From the IMG/VR virus record IMGVR_UViG_3300046167_000883, positions 1-64,000 of that record: a stretch of DNA of 64,000 nt. One strand, given 5' to 3'. This DNA comes from a virus. Shown here one piece after another: positions 1-9,679 of this stretch; the stretch's first letter is position 1; each line of letters starts with the position of its first letter. Below the pieces are notes generated by a model that saw only the letters and a program-made list of their open reading frames with translations, was not told where the DNA came from and did no database searches. The translations under genes and the position numbers were made by a program.

Positions 1-2230
1 TAACCTTACTATCTGAACTTAATCCAGAATTATCATCAAAATGAAGAACGTATAAACCATCTTCAGATGCATTTACCTTAAACGCTGCATGTACATAACC
101 CGCTTCTCCATTATAAGTACCGCCAACTATGGATTTTGTGAGGGGCCAAGGTCTATAAGGATATGGAATTTTCCAATCTCCATATCCAGTCCCCAAAATA
201 GATACAATATTTCCTGGGGTATATCCGTTATTACTAATCCAACCACCACTAAAGTCTTCAGCGTTGTTGTTTTGGAATTGAGTAAATTCTGGAGACCCAG
301 TTAAGCTTAAAGCAGTACTGTCGGTAAACTCTAAGGAACCCGTCCATCTTTTTCTTAAAAATTGCTGTGGAGAATATAAGTCGTACCCCTCTTCGCCATC
401 ATAATTGAATTTTTTTTGTATGCAATTGTCAAAATAATAATAAGGAGTTCCGCTATACTTTAATATCCAACCTGTGGTATTGTTTGGAGTAATACCTGTT
501 TCCATATAGGCTGCAAAATCTAACCTATTGACAAATTTTGTATTACGCTCATAAGGGTTGGTGGCATTTGTTTGGTTGCGAATTTTTCTATCTGAATAGA
601 TGTTAGTCTCATCTACGCGTCCCGCATAAGAACCTGCTTGGTGTTTGAAAATGTGACCCCCGCTTCTTAAGTAATAACCATTTAAAAAATCTTCTTCAAA
701 ATTTTCAACCCTTAAAGGTATAGTTTCTCTTGAGGAGGCTCCACCTAAAGCCTGTGAATTAGGATCATAAAATCTTAATTTATTGCCCGAAATTCTTGGA
801 AAGTGAAAATCTGGGCGAACCACACCAAAATAATATGGACTTCCCGTGATGTCTGTTCCAGTACCCCTTATAGGAATACCAGTTAAACCTTGATGCTCCC
901 ACCACAATCTAAAGTTGTCTCGAGCTGAGTTATAGGGCGTTCCTCTTATATCGCTATAATCTATAGGACAATTTTCAAAAGGAATAACTTTTGATGGATT
1001 ACTATTATAACCAAATAATCTAGAAGCGTAAGAGGAGTATAACTCCTTAGTTCCACCATAATGATGAGTAGTATAATATGGGTAAGCTGAGTATGGACTA
1101 GTTCTATCTCCATAGCCCAAATACCCTTCTGGATCTTGCGAAGCTCTGAGTGGATCAACAGCCCCACCATATCTAAAAAGATCATTGGGTTTTTGTCTCG
1201 AAATAAGCATTGCTGGTACATTTGGACAATAAGCATTAAAATCCCCAAAATCATAAAGACTTCTATCGAATAATTGTTTGGTGTCAAAAATTGAACACGT
1301 CAAACCTGACGCATTGCCTGTATAATTAGCAAGGCAGGTTTCTAGATCTGCTGGTTCAGTTAAACCACCACCACTTATATTGTATTTTGAGTGTTGGTAT
1401 TGAGCGCCGCTAATTGTCCTTTGATCTACCTGCTGCAAGAAAACAGAATTGAAAACAAAATTTATATTTGAATTTCGGGATTGTGCATCTAAACCATCCA
1501 TAATAGCTTCCGCATGGCTATTTATAGAAAATCCCCTGCGTATAGCATATGATCGGGTATAAGAAGAACCGTCACTGACTGCCACATATTGACATTGCGA
1601 ATTTATATCATGAGTTGTATTCATGAAAGCTGGACTTCTATACTGATACCATATACGCCTAGTGTAAGTTTCGGGAAATATTTCAGCACTAGAAAGTAAA
1701 GTTGATGACGGTCTACCGTTAACACAAAAAATAGTTTTCGCTAATTCTCCCAGTGGCACAAGATCTCTATTTATATTGACGTCTTCGACAAAATATTTCA
1801 AAAAATCATCTTCACAATAAAATTGAATATCGTATCTACCAGTATCCAACATATCGAAAGTAACCCCACTATGGCTATAATGTAGAACAAAATTGTTTTG
1901 TATAAAATCTTTTTCTGTCGATAAGTTTTCACTTAGTTCTAAAACTGGTACATTATTTAAATAAACGGACTGTAGGGTAGTTTTGCCATTTGTATATATT
2001 CCTCTTGGGTTAACTGAGCCACCTATAGGCCCCTCACAGAGCAAATCTAATGCTCCAGCTACCGCAACAGTTTGTTTTATATCTGCTGCTTGCGGCGGCC
2101 TTAAAAAAGCTTCTCCTCTACCAGAAGATTTACCACCCTTACCGCCACCACCAGAGCCAGCAACACCCATTAAACCTAGGTTTTTAGATATATTGCGCTT
2201 GATGCGCTTTTTTATGTTGGATAGGGGCAT
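1..2230 (-). CDS. Central tail fibre / host-specificity protein (lambda gpJ/TipJ-like), runs off the window start
   Basis: Not in the ORF track (no stop inside the window). Manual translation from ATG 2230 gives MPLSNIKKRIK...GGGGKGGKSSG...LDLLCEGPIGG...SVYLNNVPVLE, a typical gpJ N-terminus. The same frame is still open at the left edge. Lies downstream of L-K-I-I. Confidence 0.8.
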   Translation of the reverse strand, partial: MPLSNIKKRIKRNISKNLGLMGVAGSGGGGKGGKSSGRGEAFLRPPQAADIKQTVAVAGALDLLCEGPIGGSVNPRGIYTNGKTTLQSVYLNNVPVLELSENLSTEKDFIQNNFVLHYSHSGVTFDMLDTGRYDIQFYCEDDFLKYFVEDVNINRDLVPLGELAKTIFCVNGRPSSTLLSSAEIFPETYTRRIWYQYRSPAFMNTTHDINSQCQYVAVSDGSSYTRSYAIRRGFSINSHAEAIMDGLDAQSRNSNINFVFNSVFLQQVDQRTISGAQYQHSKYNISGGGLTEPADLETCLANYTGNASGLTCSIFDTKQLFDRSLYDFGDFNAYCPNVPAMLISRQKPNDLFRYGGAVDPLRASQDPEGYLGYGDRTSPYSAYPYYTTHHYGGTKELYSSYASRLFGYNSNPSKVIPFENCPIDYSDIRGTPYNSARDNFRLWWEHQGLTGIPIRGTGTDITGSPYYFGVVRPDFHFPRISGNKLRFYDPNSQALGGASSRETIPLRVENFEEDFLNGYYLRSGGHIFKHQAGSYAGRVDETNIYSDRKIRNQTNATNPYERNTKFVNRLDFAAYMETGITPNNTTGWILKYSGTPYYYFDNCIQKKFNYDGEEGYDLYSPQQFLRKRWTGSLEFTDSTALSLTGSPEFTQFQNNNAEDFSGGWISNNGYTPGNIVSILGTGYGDWKIPYPYRPWPLTKSIVGGTYNGEAGYVHAAFKVNASEDGLYVLHFDDNSGLSSDSKV

Positions 2231-2304
2231 TTTTTATTGTTATTTATTATTTATACTGGAGCATATTCATTGGACTAAGGGTGGCGAGCTATTAATTATA
2301 CCTA

Positions 2305-2970
2305 TTAACCCCAGCGCAACACCATTGCTTCTATTAACGCAGAGTATATATCTTTATTTAAATTTTCGTCTTGTAGGAACGGATTTTCTGCCGATTCTAT
2401 ATCTCTATTTCTGACGGAGCTTGCAATAACCTGAGACCCAACCCTTAATCTCCCATACCCCAATCTAACTGGCGCACCCTGTGATGCCACATTATTTTGA
2501 CTTTGAAACAAAAATGATTCAGTCTTAACAGTAGCTTCAATTTCGCGCGGCTCATTTTCTGGGATTGGGGTCATTAGGTATGTTATACCTGCCATAATTA
2601 GACCTACGCCTAAGCTTATAAAAAATGCGGAAGCAAATGCGCCCATTGCTCCAAAGGCTCCTAATCCAGCAGCTACAGAAAAACCACCAACAACTATTGC
2701 GCCTATGCCGTGTCCAATAATACAAGGAACTATTTCTATTTCCTCTATTTTTTGTTCATGTTGTAGGGAAAGTGCATTGACACTTTTTTTATTCACTAAA
2801 AGCTCATAATTTTGACCTTCTTTGCAGTCTGCCATTATTGTTTCTTTAAAATTTTTATGTATCGTGTTGATGGCGTTAACAGCATCTATTGGTTTTTTGA
2901 TATTAAAAAACTCAAAAGAATTACCAAAAATTTTAGCCAAGCGACCGTGTAGTTTTATTTTTGTTTTCAT
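2305..2970 (-). CDS. Tail assembly protein I-like (lambda gpI)
   Basis: IKLHGRLAKIFG start, hydrophobic Gly-rich middle, C-terminal QGAPVRLGYGRLRVGSQVI motif. Confidence 0.8.
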   Translation of the reverse strand: MKTKIKLHGRLAKIFGNSFEFFNIKKPIDAVNAINTIHKNFKETIMADCKEGQNYELLVNKKSVNALSLQHEQKIEEIEIVPCIIGHGIGAIVVGGFSVAAGLGAFGAMGAFASAFFISLGVGLIMAGITYLMTPIPENEPREIEATVKTESFLFQSQNNVASQGAPVRLGYGRLRVGSQVIASSVRNRDIESAENPFLQDENLNKDIYSALIEAMVLRWG

Positions 2971-2971
2971 T

Positions 2972-3580
2972 TTAATTAAATCCTAAATTTTGAACTTTTA
3001 ATGATTTTGTCGGCGCCCCTTCGTGGTCATTCGGACCAACTCGACCGAGCAAAAATCTTTCCATACTATAATCTTCTGTATCTACATAGGAAATTTCTGT
3101 TCCTACCACCTTTGTACCTACCCTTAATCTTCCATATCCAAGCGGGACATTGATACCTTGAAGAGTTGTATTTTGTTCTGTGGAAAACAAAAAAGAATTT
3201 GGAGTAATTGAAGCCACCACATCTTGTGGCTCAACACCCTCTGGCTCAGGAGTCAATAGGTACATAATACCAGTCATGACCAAATTAACAGCCAAGCTTA
3301 CAAAAAAAGACGTTAATCCATGGCCGCAAATACAAGGCACAATGTCGATTTTTTGCACCTTTCCATCCTTTGACATTTCTCCAAGAGAGTTGACTTTCTC
3401 GCCATCAAAAATAATTTCAAAAAACATTCCTTTATCGGCTAAGTCTAATATAGTTTTTTTGAATCCTTTATGGTTGGCTTCTATCGCATTTATAAAATTG
3501 TAAGGTTTGCCTAAATACTTAAAAGTGTGTTGTTTTTTGAATTTTTTTGCGAGTATACCATGTAAAAAAATATTAGTCAT
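2972..3580 (-). CDS. Second tail assembly protein I-like paralog
   Basis: IFLHGILAKKF start and QGINVPLGYGRLRVGTKVV motif; clear paralog of 2305..2970. Confidence 0.8.
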   Translation of the reverse strand: MTNIFLHGILAKKFKKQHTFKYLGKPYNFINAIEANHKGFKKTILDLADKGMFFEIIFDGEKVNSLGEMSKDGKVQKIDIVPCICGHGLTSFFVSLAVNLVMTGIMYLLTPEPEGVEPQDVVASITPNSFLFSTEQNTTLQGINVPLGYGRLRVGTKVVGTEISYVDTEDYSMERFLLGRVGPNDHEGAPTKSLKVQNLGFN

Positions 3581-3950
3581 TTATTTCCTTTCTTATTTTT
3601 TCTAGGAGTTCTTTTTCGCAATCCAAAAATTCAGGCTCAAATATACTAAATTTTTGCGTTTTGTATGAATATATAATAAACGGCAAACAAACTAAATTCG
3701 ACATTTTTTTGTCAAATTCTGAAGGATCTTCTTCGGTTTCTATATGCGAGTGATATACTCCCACAATATTGTAGTTGTTTTTTACATATAAAAAATCTTT
3801 AGCTGGAATATAAAATTCGTTTTCTTTATCTTCTGCCTTATTTTCGCATTCATAAATATTAAATTGGCCATCTTCGTAAACAACAAAACCACAGATTTCT
3901 TCGTTTCTGTTTTTATTACAAGCTTTTACAATTCTGTGTTTAATATCCAT
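3573..3950 (-). CDS. Tail assembly protein K-like, JAB/MPN domain only
   Basis: EEICGFV and VYHSH...PSEFD JAB metal motif; sits between L and I. Confidence 0.8.
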   Translation of the reverse strand: MDIKHRIVKACNKNRNEEICGFVVYEDGQFNIYECENKAEDKENEFYIPAKDFLYVKNNYNIVGVYHSHIETEEDPSEFDKKMSNLVCLPFIIYSYKTQKFSIFEPEFLDCEKELLEKIRKEIND

Positions 3951-5011
3951 TAGTAAGAGTATTTTTCAGTTCCTGGGAACCCTCCATATGGTAAATCTTT
4001 ACCTACGTTAATTCCATTATAATCATTAGACCAATCGTCGTTATTGTATCTTTGTAAGCATCCGCCGAGCTTTTTGGAGCAAGAATCCTTTATCCACAAA
4101 TCTCCACGAAGTTCTGGGCGTGTATTATCTGTAGAAGAATGGCCAGATTTACATACATAATAAATAGGGTGTTGTTGATAATAGTTTGCAGTTAATCCTT
4201 GCGAACTTGTGACTCTATCAGAAAGTCTAAATATATAATCTCCAACACTATATGATTTGCCAGTTTCCCAGAGACCACTAGGCTCTAATACATTGTCAAT
4301 TTTTGTTCCAGTTTTTTGTATTGGAAATATGCCAGAATTCAAGGCCCAATTACTATTTGAACCAGTTACCATTAAATTGTCGTTCGCATCTGATACGGGC
4401 CTGTCTTTACTGTCCCCTATAACTTCTGATGTGGAACCATACCTACAACCAAAGCCCCTATACACCCAAGAGCAGTATCTTGAAGCAATAGTTCTTGATG
4501 GCAATTTGACATTTTCCAATTCTAAACTAGAAACCAATTCAAACTCTACAACCAATTTATTTTCTATGGTTTTTCTTGAAATGAAGAACTTATCATCTCT
4601 TAATCTAGCATTAGGATTTGCAGAACCCCATGGGTTTTGATTATTTGGGAAGTTTACATCATCCAAGAATTTCGCATAAGTTCTCCTTCTAACTAACTTG
4701 GCGCCATTTAGATTGTTATATTTTCTTAGCATTGATGAGACATACATGCCAGCATTTGCTATTTTTATTTTGGGTCTTGGCAATCTTTGATCGCCCAAAA
4801 CCTCAAAATCTGAGGCTTCCACGGGTAGTGGGAGGTATTCTTGGCCATCAAAGTAAATTTTACCAGCTAGACCATTTGTGCCACCGTGAAAATACAAAAC
4901 CGCTTGACTATCCTGTTGGTAATTGTAATATAGTGCAAACAGCTCTAAAATAGCCGTGGGTTCTAGACCCAATGTCTCATTTACAAAATCCTGATTTAAA
5001 CCTCTAGCCAT
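3950..5011 (-). CDS. Minor tail protein L-like (lambda gpL)
   Basis: LPRPKIKIAN, GAKLVRRRTYAKFLD, EFELVSSLE, CSWVYRGFGC, CSKKLGGC, YGGFPG motifs. Confidence 0.9.
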   Translation of the reverse strand: MARGLNQDFVNETLGLEPTAILELFALYYNYQQDSQAVLYFHGGTNGLAGKIYFDGQEYLPLPVEASDFEVLGDQRLPRPKIKIANAGMYVSSMLRKYNNLNGAKLVRRRTYAKFLDDVNFPNNQNPWGSANPNARLRDDKFFISRKTIENKLVVEFELVSSLELENVKLPSRTIASRYCSWVYRGFGCRYGSTSEVIGDSKDRPVSDANDNLMVTGSNSNWALNSGIFPIQKTGTKIDNVLEPSGLWETGKSYSVGDYIFRLSDRVTSSQGLTANYYQQHPIYYVCKSGHSSTDNTRPELRGDLWIKDSCSKKLGGCLQRYNNDDWSNDYNGINVGKDLPYGGFPGTEKYSY

Positions 5012-5013
5012 AT

Positions 5014-5550
5014 ATGTTATTACACGCAGAAACGTCGGGAGAACCTAAATTTATACAGGGTGGGTCCTTTGTTAAATTTGATAAATCTCACAAAAAAATA
5101 GCCTTGAGTATATTTTTAGAATTCCAGAAAAAAGCAGAAGTGGGTTATTGGAGCAATATAGCAAAGGGGCAAAACCAAGCATTTTATAGCAGATTCCTTG
5201 TTCAAGAGTTTAATCAAATGCTTAAAAAATTTCCAATCAAATATACAATGTTAGACCATAAGGACAACCCTTTTGGGTTTATGTTTTTTACAAAAAATAT
5301 TTTAGCCGAAAGGTCTCTTGATTTGCAATTTGGTTTTAAGAGAAGTGATTACTTTTTGAATTCAGAGATGATTAAAATATTTAAAAATATTCTAGAAAAC
5401 GCAAGATTGGAGTATAATATAGATAATGTTTATGCTTGTTTAATGGAACGAAAAAACCAAGAAAAATACAACAAAACAGTATTAAATGTGTTGGGCGCGA
5501 AAATCATCAATAAAGACGCTTTTGGGAGGCCTTTGATTAAATTTGAATGA
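5014..5550 (+). CDS. Hypothetical protein, probable GNAT-fold acyltransferase-like
   Basis: FGFMFF...LDLQFGF...EYNIDNVYACLMERKN pattern resembles RimJ/SpeG-type GNATs; paralog of the next gene; start uncertain. Confidence 0.45.
   Translation: MLLHAETSGEPKFIQGGSFVKFDKSHKKIALSIFLEFQKKAEVGYWSNIAKGQNQAFYSRFLVQEFNQMLKKFPIKYTMLDHKDNPFGFMFFTKNILAERSLDLQFGFKRSDYFLNSEMIKIFKNILENARLEYNIDNVYACLMERKNQEKYNKTVLNVLGAKIINKDAFGRPLIKFE
5020..5025 (-). promoter_or_regulatory. GTGTAA element 8 nt upstream of the gpL ATG
   Basis: Member of the recurring GTGTAA-N8-10-ATG motif. Confidence 0.6.
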
Positions 5551-6056
5551 ATTTAAAAATTTTAAAAAATTTTACTTTAACTCCTTTATTACAAAACCAA
5601 AAGGATGAAGTAAAAAGGCAACTTCTTCTTTTCCAAAGAAAGGCAGATATCAAAATTATGTCTGTAAATTTTAAAAAAATAAAAAGCTTCAGAAGTAAGG
5701 ATCAACTTATACAAGAGCAGGTAAATCAATTTTTATTAGATGAAGATGTGAAATACGTTGCGATTGATGACGATACAGGAGAAATAGGGTGTTTTTTTTG
5801 CTTTTCTATTGAGAAAAAGGAAGCTAATTTTAAAATGGCGCTAAAAAACCCAGAATATGTTTTTAACCCCTTAATGATTGATATCGCCAAAAAAGTCATG
5901 GATATAGTAAAGAGAAAATACGGTATCGAAAGAATGTATTCAAAACTATACGAAAGAAATAATTTTACTAATTATAAAAAATTCATAACAAAATATTTAA
6001 ATGGAAAGCTAATAACAGATGGAGAAAAAAGAGCAACAGTCGAATACAATATATAA
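5547..6056 (+). CDS. Hypothetical protein, probable GNAT-fold acyltransferase-like (paralog)
   Basis: YVAIDDDTGEIGCFF...KNPEY...KYGIERMYSKLYERNN; aligns by eye with 5014..5550 (FQKKA/FQRKA, ERKN/ERNN). Confidence 0.5.
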   Translation: MNLKILKNFTLTPLLQNQKDEVKRQLLLFQRKADIKIMSVNFKKIKSFRSKDQLIQEQVNQFLLDEDVKYVAIDDDTGEIGCFFCFSIEKKEANFKMALKNPEYVFNPLMIDIAKKVMDIVKRKYGIERMYSKLYERNNFTNYKKFITKYLNGKLITDGEKRATVEYNI

Positions 6057-7260
6057 GAGATTTTCCTCTTACGACCAGTTTATAAATCTACATTTCCCTG
6101 TAGAAAACAGAATTGCACATAAGGTCTCTGATAATGGGGGGAAGTCCGAACCTATTGATATCGAAATTTACGACGTAAAAGATATGGGTAAGGCTCTTTT
6201 GATACAAGGAGATATACAACTGATAGAATCTCACGAATATAAATATCATGAAGGTTTTGTACATGTACCACTCTCTTTTGTAGATGAACCTCAAAATATT
6301 TTAATTCTTGGTGGTGGAGACGGAGGAGCCGCTAGAGAGATTTTAAAATACGAATCTGTAAAAAAAATAAAAATAATCGAACTCTCTGAAGATGTTGTTG
6401 AATTATGCAAAGAGCATATACCGAGTGTCGGTAAATCATTAACAGACCCAAAGGTAGAAATTATTTATGAAAACGCTTGTGAGTGGATAAAAAATTCTCA
6501 AGAACAATTTGATTTAATTCTAGTTGATGCTACAGATTTTTGCTCAACCGAAGATAAAGACTCTAGCAAATTTAACCTAAGAGATGAAGATAATATAGTA
6601 TCATGCAAAAAACTATTATCACCAAGAGGGGTTTTGGTTTATAACGACGATTACTTTGGGATTATTGAGAGCGCTACAATAAATAGAACAAACTATCTAA
6701 AAGAAAAATTTAATTTTGTAAAACCTTACAGAATAAACGTCCCTTATTTTTTAGGTGGGGATTATACATTTATGATTTGTTCTGAAACCGTTAATTTGGA
6801 CGCTAATCTTTTTAAACTCAAAAAAATAAAAACAAAGTTTTTTAATGAGGGTATTTTGAAATGTTGTTTTGCGATGGGAGAAAATTTTGACAAGAACGTC
6901 TCTAATTATACACTAAAAAGAGAATTAGGTAATACAATAACTATTGATTTTTCGGGTTGTGAGTTTCAACAAATAAACAATTTGGAGTTTATTAAAGGGA
7001 TTATGGAGGAGTCTTTAAATTTTGGCGGTTTTAATATTTTAAATTCGACCACCCACAAGTTCGAACCACAGGGCATAACAATAGCTTTTATGTTAAGCGA
7101 ATCTCATTTTACTTGTCACTCTTGGCCAGAATATGGCAGAATATGTTTTGATCTATTTAGTTGTGCTAATTTAGAGCGCAGCCAAAAACTTATAGATAAA
7201 TTAATAGAATTAATACCTCATGATAGTGTAAAAGTAAACAAAGTTGAAAGAAAAATTTAA
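6019..7260 (+). CDS. speE: Spermidine synthase (N-terminal) fused to S-adenosylmethionine decarboxylase proenzyme (C-terminal)
   Basis: SpeE motifs IQL...YHEGFVH, ILILGGGDGGAAREILKY and FDLILVD; SpeD motifs HKFEPQGITIAFMLSESHFTCHSWPEYG...DLFSC with the E/S self-cleavage site. Confidence 0.92.
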   Translation: MEKKEQQSNTIYKRFSSYDQFINLHFPVENRIAHKVSDNGGKSEPIDIEIYDVKDMGKALLIQGDIQLIESHEYKYHEGFVHVPLSFVDEPQNILILGGGDGGAAREILKYESVKKIKIIELSEDVVELCKEHIPSVGKSLTDPKVEIIYENACEWIKNSQEQFDLILVDATDFCSTEDKDSSKFNLRDEDNIVSCKKLLSPRGVLVYNDDYFGIIESATINRTNYLKEKFNFVKPYRINVPYFLGGDYTFMICSETVNLDANLFKLKKIKTKFFNEGILKCCFAMGENFDKNVSNYTLKRELGNTITIDFSGCEFQQINNLEFIKGIMEESLNFGGFNILNSTTHKFEPQGITIAFMLSESHFTCHSWPEYGRICFDLFSCANLERSQKLIDKLIELIPHDSVKVNKVERKI

Positions 7261-7859
7261 TGATTAGGAGGACACATGGTTTGTATGTTAGGTGTGGCAA
7301 CAAAATATTCGCTGCGGTTTTGAAAGCTGCCTCTGGGTCTATTTTACTAGCTATCATACAAAAATATTACAAGTACATTTCTGATTTAAGAAATCAAGGC
7401 AATTTAAATATGAGGAGGTTGCACGAATTTGTGCCAAGATTGAAAAAGAATCAAATTGAAGGCAAATATGTAATATTAATCTCAAGAGATCCTGTGGAAA
7501 GATTTCGTTCCGCTTGTGTGGAAGCAGAAAAAACAGTAGAGGATGCGATTTCAGAGCTAGGTACACAAAAAATGAATCAACATTTTGTTCTAACTTCAGC
7601 TTGGTTAATCGATGGATGTAAACTTTATAAGTTTGAAGAACACTTAGAGGATGCTGTAAGAGAATTAGGTTTAGATTGGCCAATGCACGATGTAAAGGGC
7701 AAAGAGAAGCCAAAACCAGTATTGACAAAAAAACAAATAGAAGCAGTAAAACTATTTTATGCAGCCGATATCTCTTTACATAAATCTATAAAAAAAGCTG
7801 GCCAAATTTGGACAGCTTCGAAAACCCCTTCTGTGGAGGATATTTTAAAATTTAGATAA
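7260..7859 (+). CDS. Sulfotransferase family protein (Sulfotransfer_2-like)
   Basis: 5'-PSB-like KAASGSIL, 3'-PB-like SRDPVERFRSA, HF motif and YAADI C-terminal motif. Confidence 0.6.
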   Translation: MIRRTHGLYVRCGNKIFAAVLKAASGSILLAIIQKYYKYISDLRNQGNLNMRRLHEFVPRLKKNQIEGKYVILISRDPVERFRSACVEAEKTVEDAISELGTQKMNQHFVLTSAWLIDGCKLYKFEEHLEDAVRELGLDWPMHDVKGKEKPKPVLTKKQIEAVKLFYAADISLHKSIKKAGQIWTASKTPSVEDILKFR

Positions 7860-8607
7860 GCTTTAACAGCTTCCTACATTCCTTGGCTGGAATATCTTTA
7901 TAATCCTTCCAAGACTTAATGACTTCTGGATCGTTTTCGTACTTGCCGTCAGAATAAAGCGCACGGAGCTTGTTTAAGAACGAGTTGAAGTCTGTACCCA
8001 CCTTTTCTTTTAAAATCCCCTGTGGGCTAATATCTTTAGCTCCTGAAGACGATGGAGGTACTACGATGGGCGATTTGTTTTTGGATGTGTCGATTTCATC
8101 AGCGCCAACAATATGAATACCAAGGAAGTTGCGAACAGCGCGGACAAATGCGCGATTTTCTGCAATACACTCTAAAAACTTAGCTGCAAATCCATTTGTA
8201 TTGTGAATTGTAGCGTTAGCAACAGAAGAAAAATGAATACCCCCAATACCTTGTTCGTCAACAGTTTCATAATTTGAAATAAAATCCACCAAGCAACGAA
8301 CGACTGACCTTTCGTCAGAACTTTCTTCAACAACATAAGACACAGAATTAATGCCGCGAAGCTTTGCAAGCTCCTTGATGCCGCCCAACTTAATCAAAAG
8401 CTGCGAATCATCAAGACCTTCAATAGATTCTGGGACTGGCATCTTACGCATCTCAAACCAATCCTTGTTTGGGTACAGGTGTTCTGGATTAATCATAGCT
8501 CGCCAATTAACTGAGCCATCTTCATTAAAGATATAATCAACAGACTCAAGGAGTCCGTGTTCGTTGCGCTTCCAGATGTCTGGGCCGTATAATTTACTCT
8601 TCGTCAT
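7852..8607 (-). CDS. Putative Rad52/Sak-like single-strand annealing protein
   Basis: IAENRAFVRAVRNFLGI...ADEI motif typical of Rad52-like SSAPs; replication/recombination context. Confidence 0.5.
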   Translation of the reverse strand: MTKSKLYGPDIWKRNEHGLLESVDYIFNEDGSVNWRAMINPEHLYPNKDWFEMRKMPVPESIEGLDDSQLLIKLGGIKELAKLRGINSVSYVVEESSDERSVVRCLVDFISNYETVDEQGIGGIHFSSVANATIHNTNGFAAKFLECIAENRAFVRAVRNFLGIHIVGADEIDTSKNKSPIVVPPSSSGAKDISPQGILKEKVGTDFNSFLNKLRALYSDGKYENDPEVIKSWKDYKDIPAKECRKLLKLI

Positions 8608-9679
8608 ATATATATAAACTTTCTAATTCTGATTTTGAGACTTCATCATAGACGAAGCTGCTAGATTTGTCAAGTCTTTTCGCAGAAGATTCTGAAGTAA
8701 ATGTTTCGCCGTTTGAGATAAAACTTTTTTTGGATATAAACTGTTTTGCTGATGTAATTTCAACAATGGCGTCTAGGTCATATTCTGGCTCCGTCTCTTC
8801 AATTACATTAAAATCAAAATACTTTAAGCGGAGGTCTGAAATGTTTTCCTTATCTTTGGTTTGAATGATTACGTTAATTTTGCGATTTTTTAAAGCTTTA
8901 AAAAACTTTTCATAATCTTCGTCTTTTTGAGAGTGTTTAAAGACTACTTGCTTTAAGTTTGGCATATGATCTAGAAAACCTACATCAAATACTGAATCTA
9001 TATACAGATTGACAAGGCACATTTTGCACCAACTGGCGATGTTGGCTAAATCAAAATGAAGATCACCTCTAATGTTTACGGGTTTCCCCTCAAGTTGTTT
9101 GGAGTATCCAAAAAAGTTCGGCACAACTTCTACGGTTTTATTGTTAAAATTACTGCCGATCTTAATTGTTTTAAATTTAATTTTTTCTTTAATGTTTAGT
9201 TGATCAAGGATAGCTTGAGCAATTTGTTCTGGCTTTATTTCGTTAACTCTGCCGCAAGAAGAAAAAGAGGGTTTGATTTTTGAAAAATCTGGAGTTAAAA
9301 CTGTCGCGTTATCAAATAAATTAAAATTACTCTCATAAACATTTGACAATATCGACACAGAGGGAACCCCATAATTATCAGCAATATTTACGTTATGATT
9401 AGCTAAACCGAAATAAAGAACAGACTTTTTTATAAAAAAGTTTTTTTGCTTTGGCGATGCTTCTGGAATCTGGAGTAAAGATATTCCAGATTTTTTTAAA
9501 ACAGGAGTAACTAGGGACACCACTATATCCCAGTAATTATACTGACCCATTTTGTCGGGGGATTTAAAATCAAAACAAGCGTAAACCTCTTGTGAATTTG
9601 GTAGATAATGTTCTGTAATTGTGGGTTTTCCTATTTTAACCCCCAAATCTTTTGCGTATACTTCGGCTACATGACTCAT
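8594..9679 (-). CDS. Hypothetical protein whose N-terminus resembles the C-lobe of a GT9 glycosyltransferase
   Basis: HVAEVYAKDLGVKIGKP...YNYWDIVV...GVPSVSI...NEIKPEQIAQAI resembles a GT9 second domain; ATGA-coupled to the upstream GT. Confidence 0.45.
   Translation of the reverse strand: MSHVAEVYAKDLGVKIGKPTITEHYLPNSQEVYACFDFKSPDKMGQYNYWDIVVSLVTPVLKKSGISLLQIPEASPKQKNFFIKKSVLYFGLANHNVNIADNYGVPSVSILSNVYESNFNLFDNATVLTPDFSKIKPSFSSCGRVNEIKPEQIAQAILDQLNIKEKIKFKTIKIGSNFNNKTVEVVPNFFGYSKQLEGKPVNIRGDLHFDLANIASWCKMCLVNLYIDSVFDVGFLDHMPNLKQVVFKHSQKDEDYEKFFKALKNRKINVIIQTKDKENISDLRLKYFDFNVIEETEPEYDLDAIVEITSAKQFISKKSFISNGETFTSESSAKRLDKSSSFVYDEVSKSELESLYIYDEE

Noticed and set aside
89-1287. ORFs 89..304 and 961..1287
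   Set aside because: They lie within the long gpJ-like frame in other frames or on the other strand
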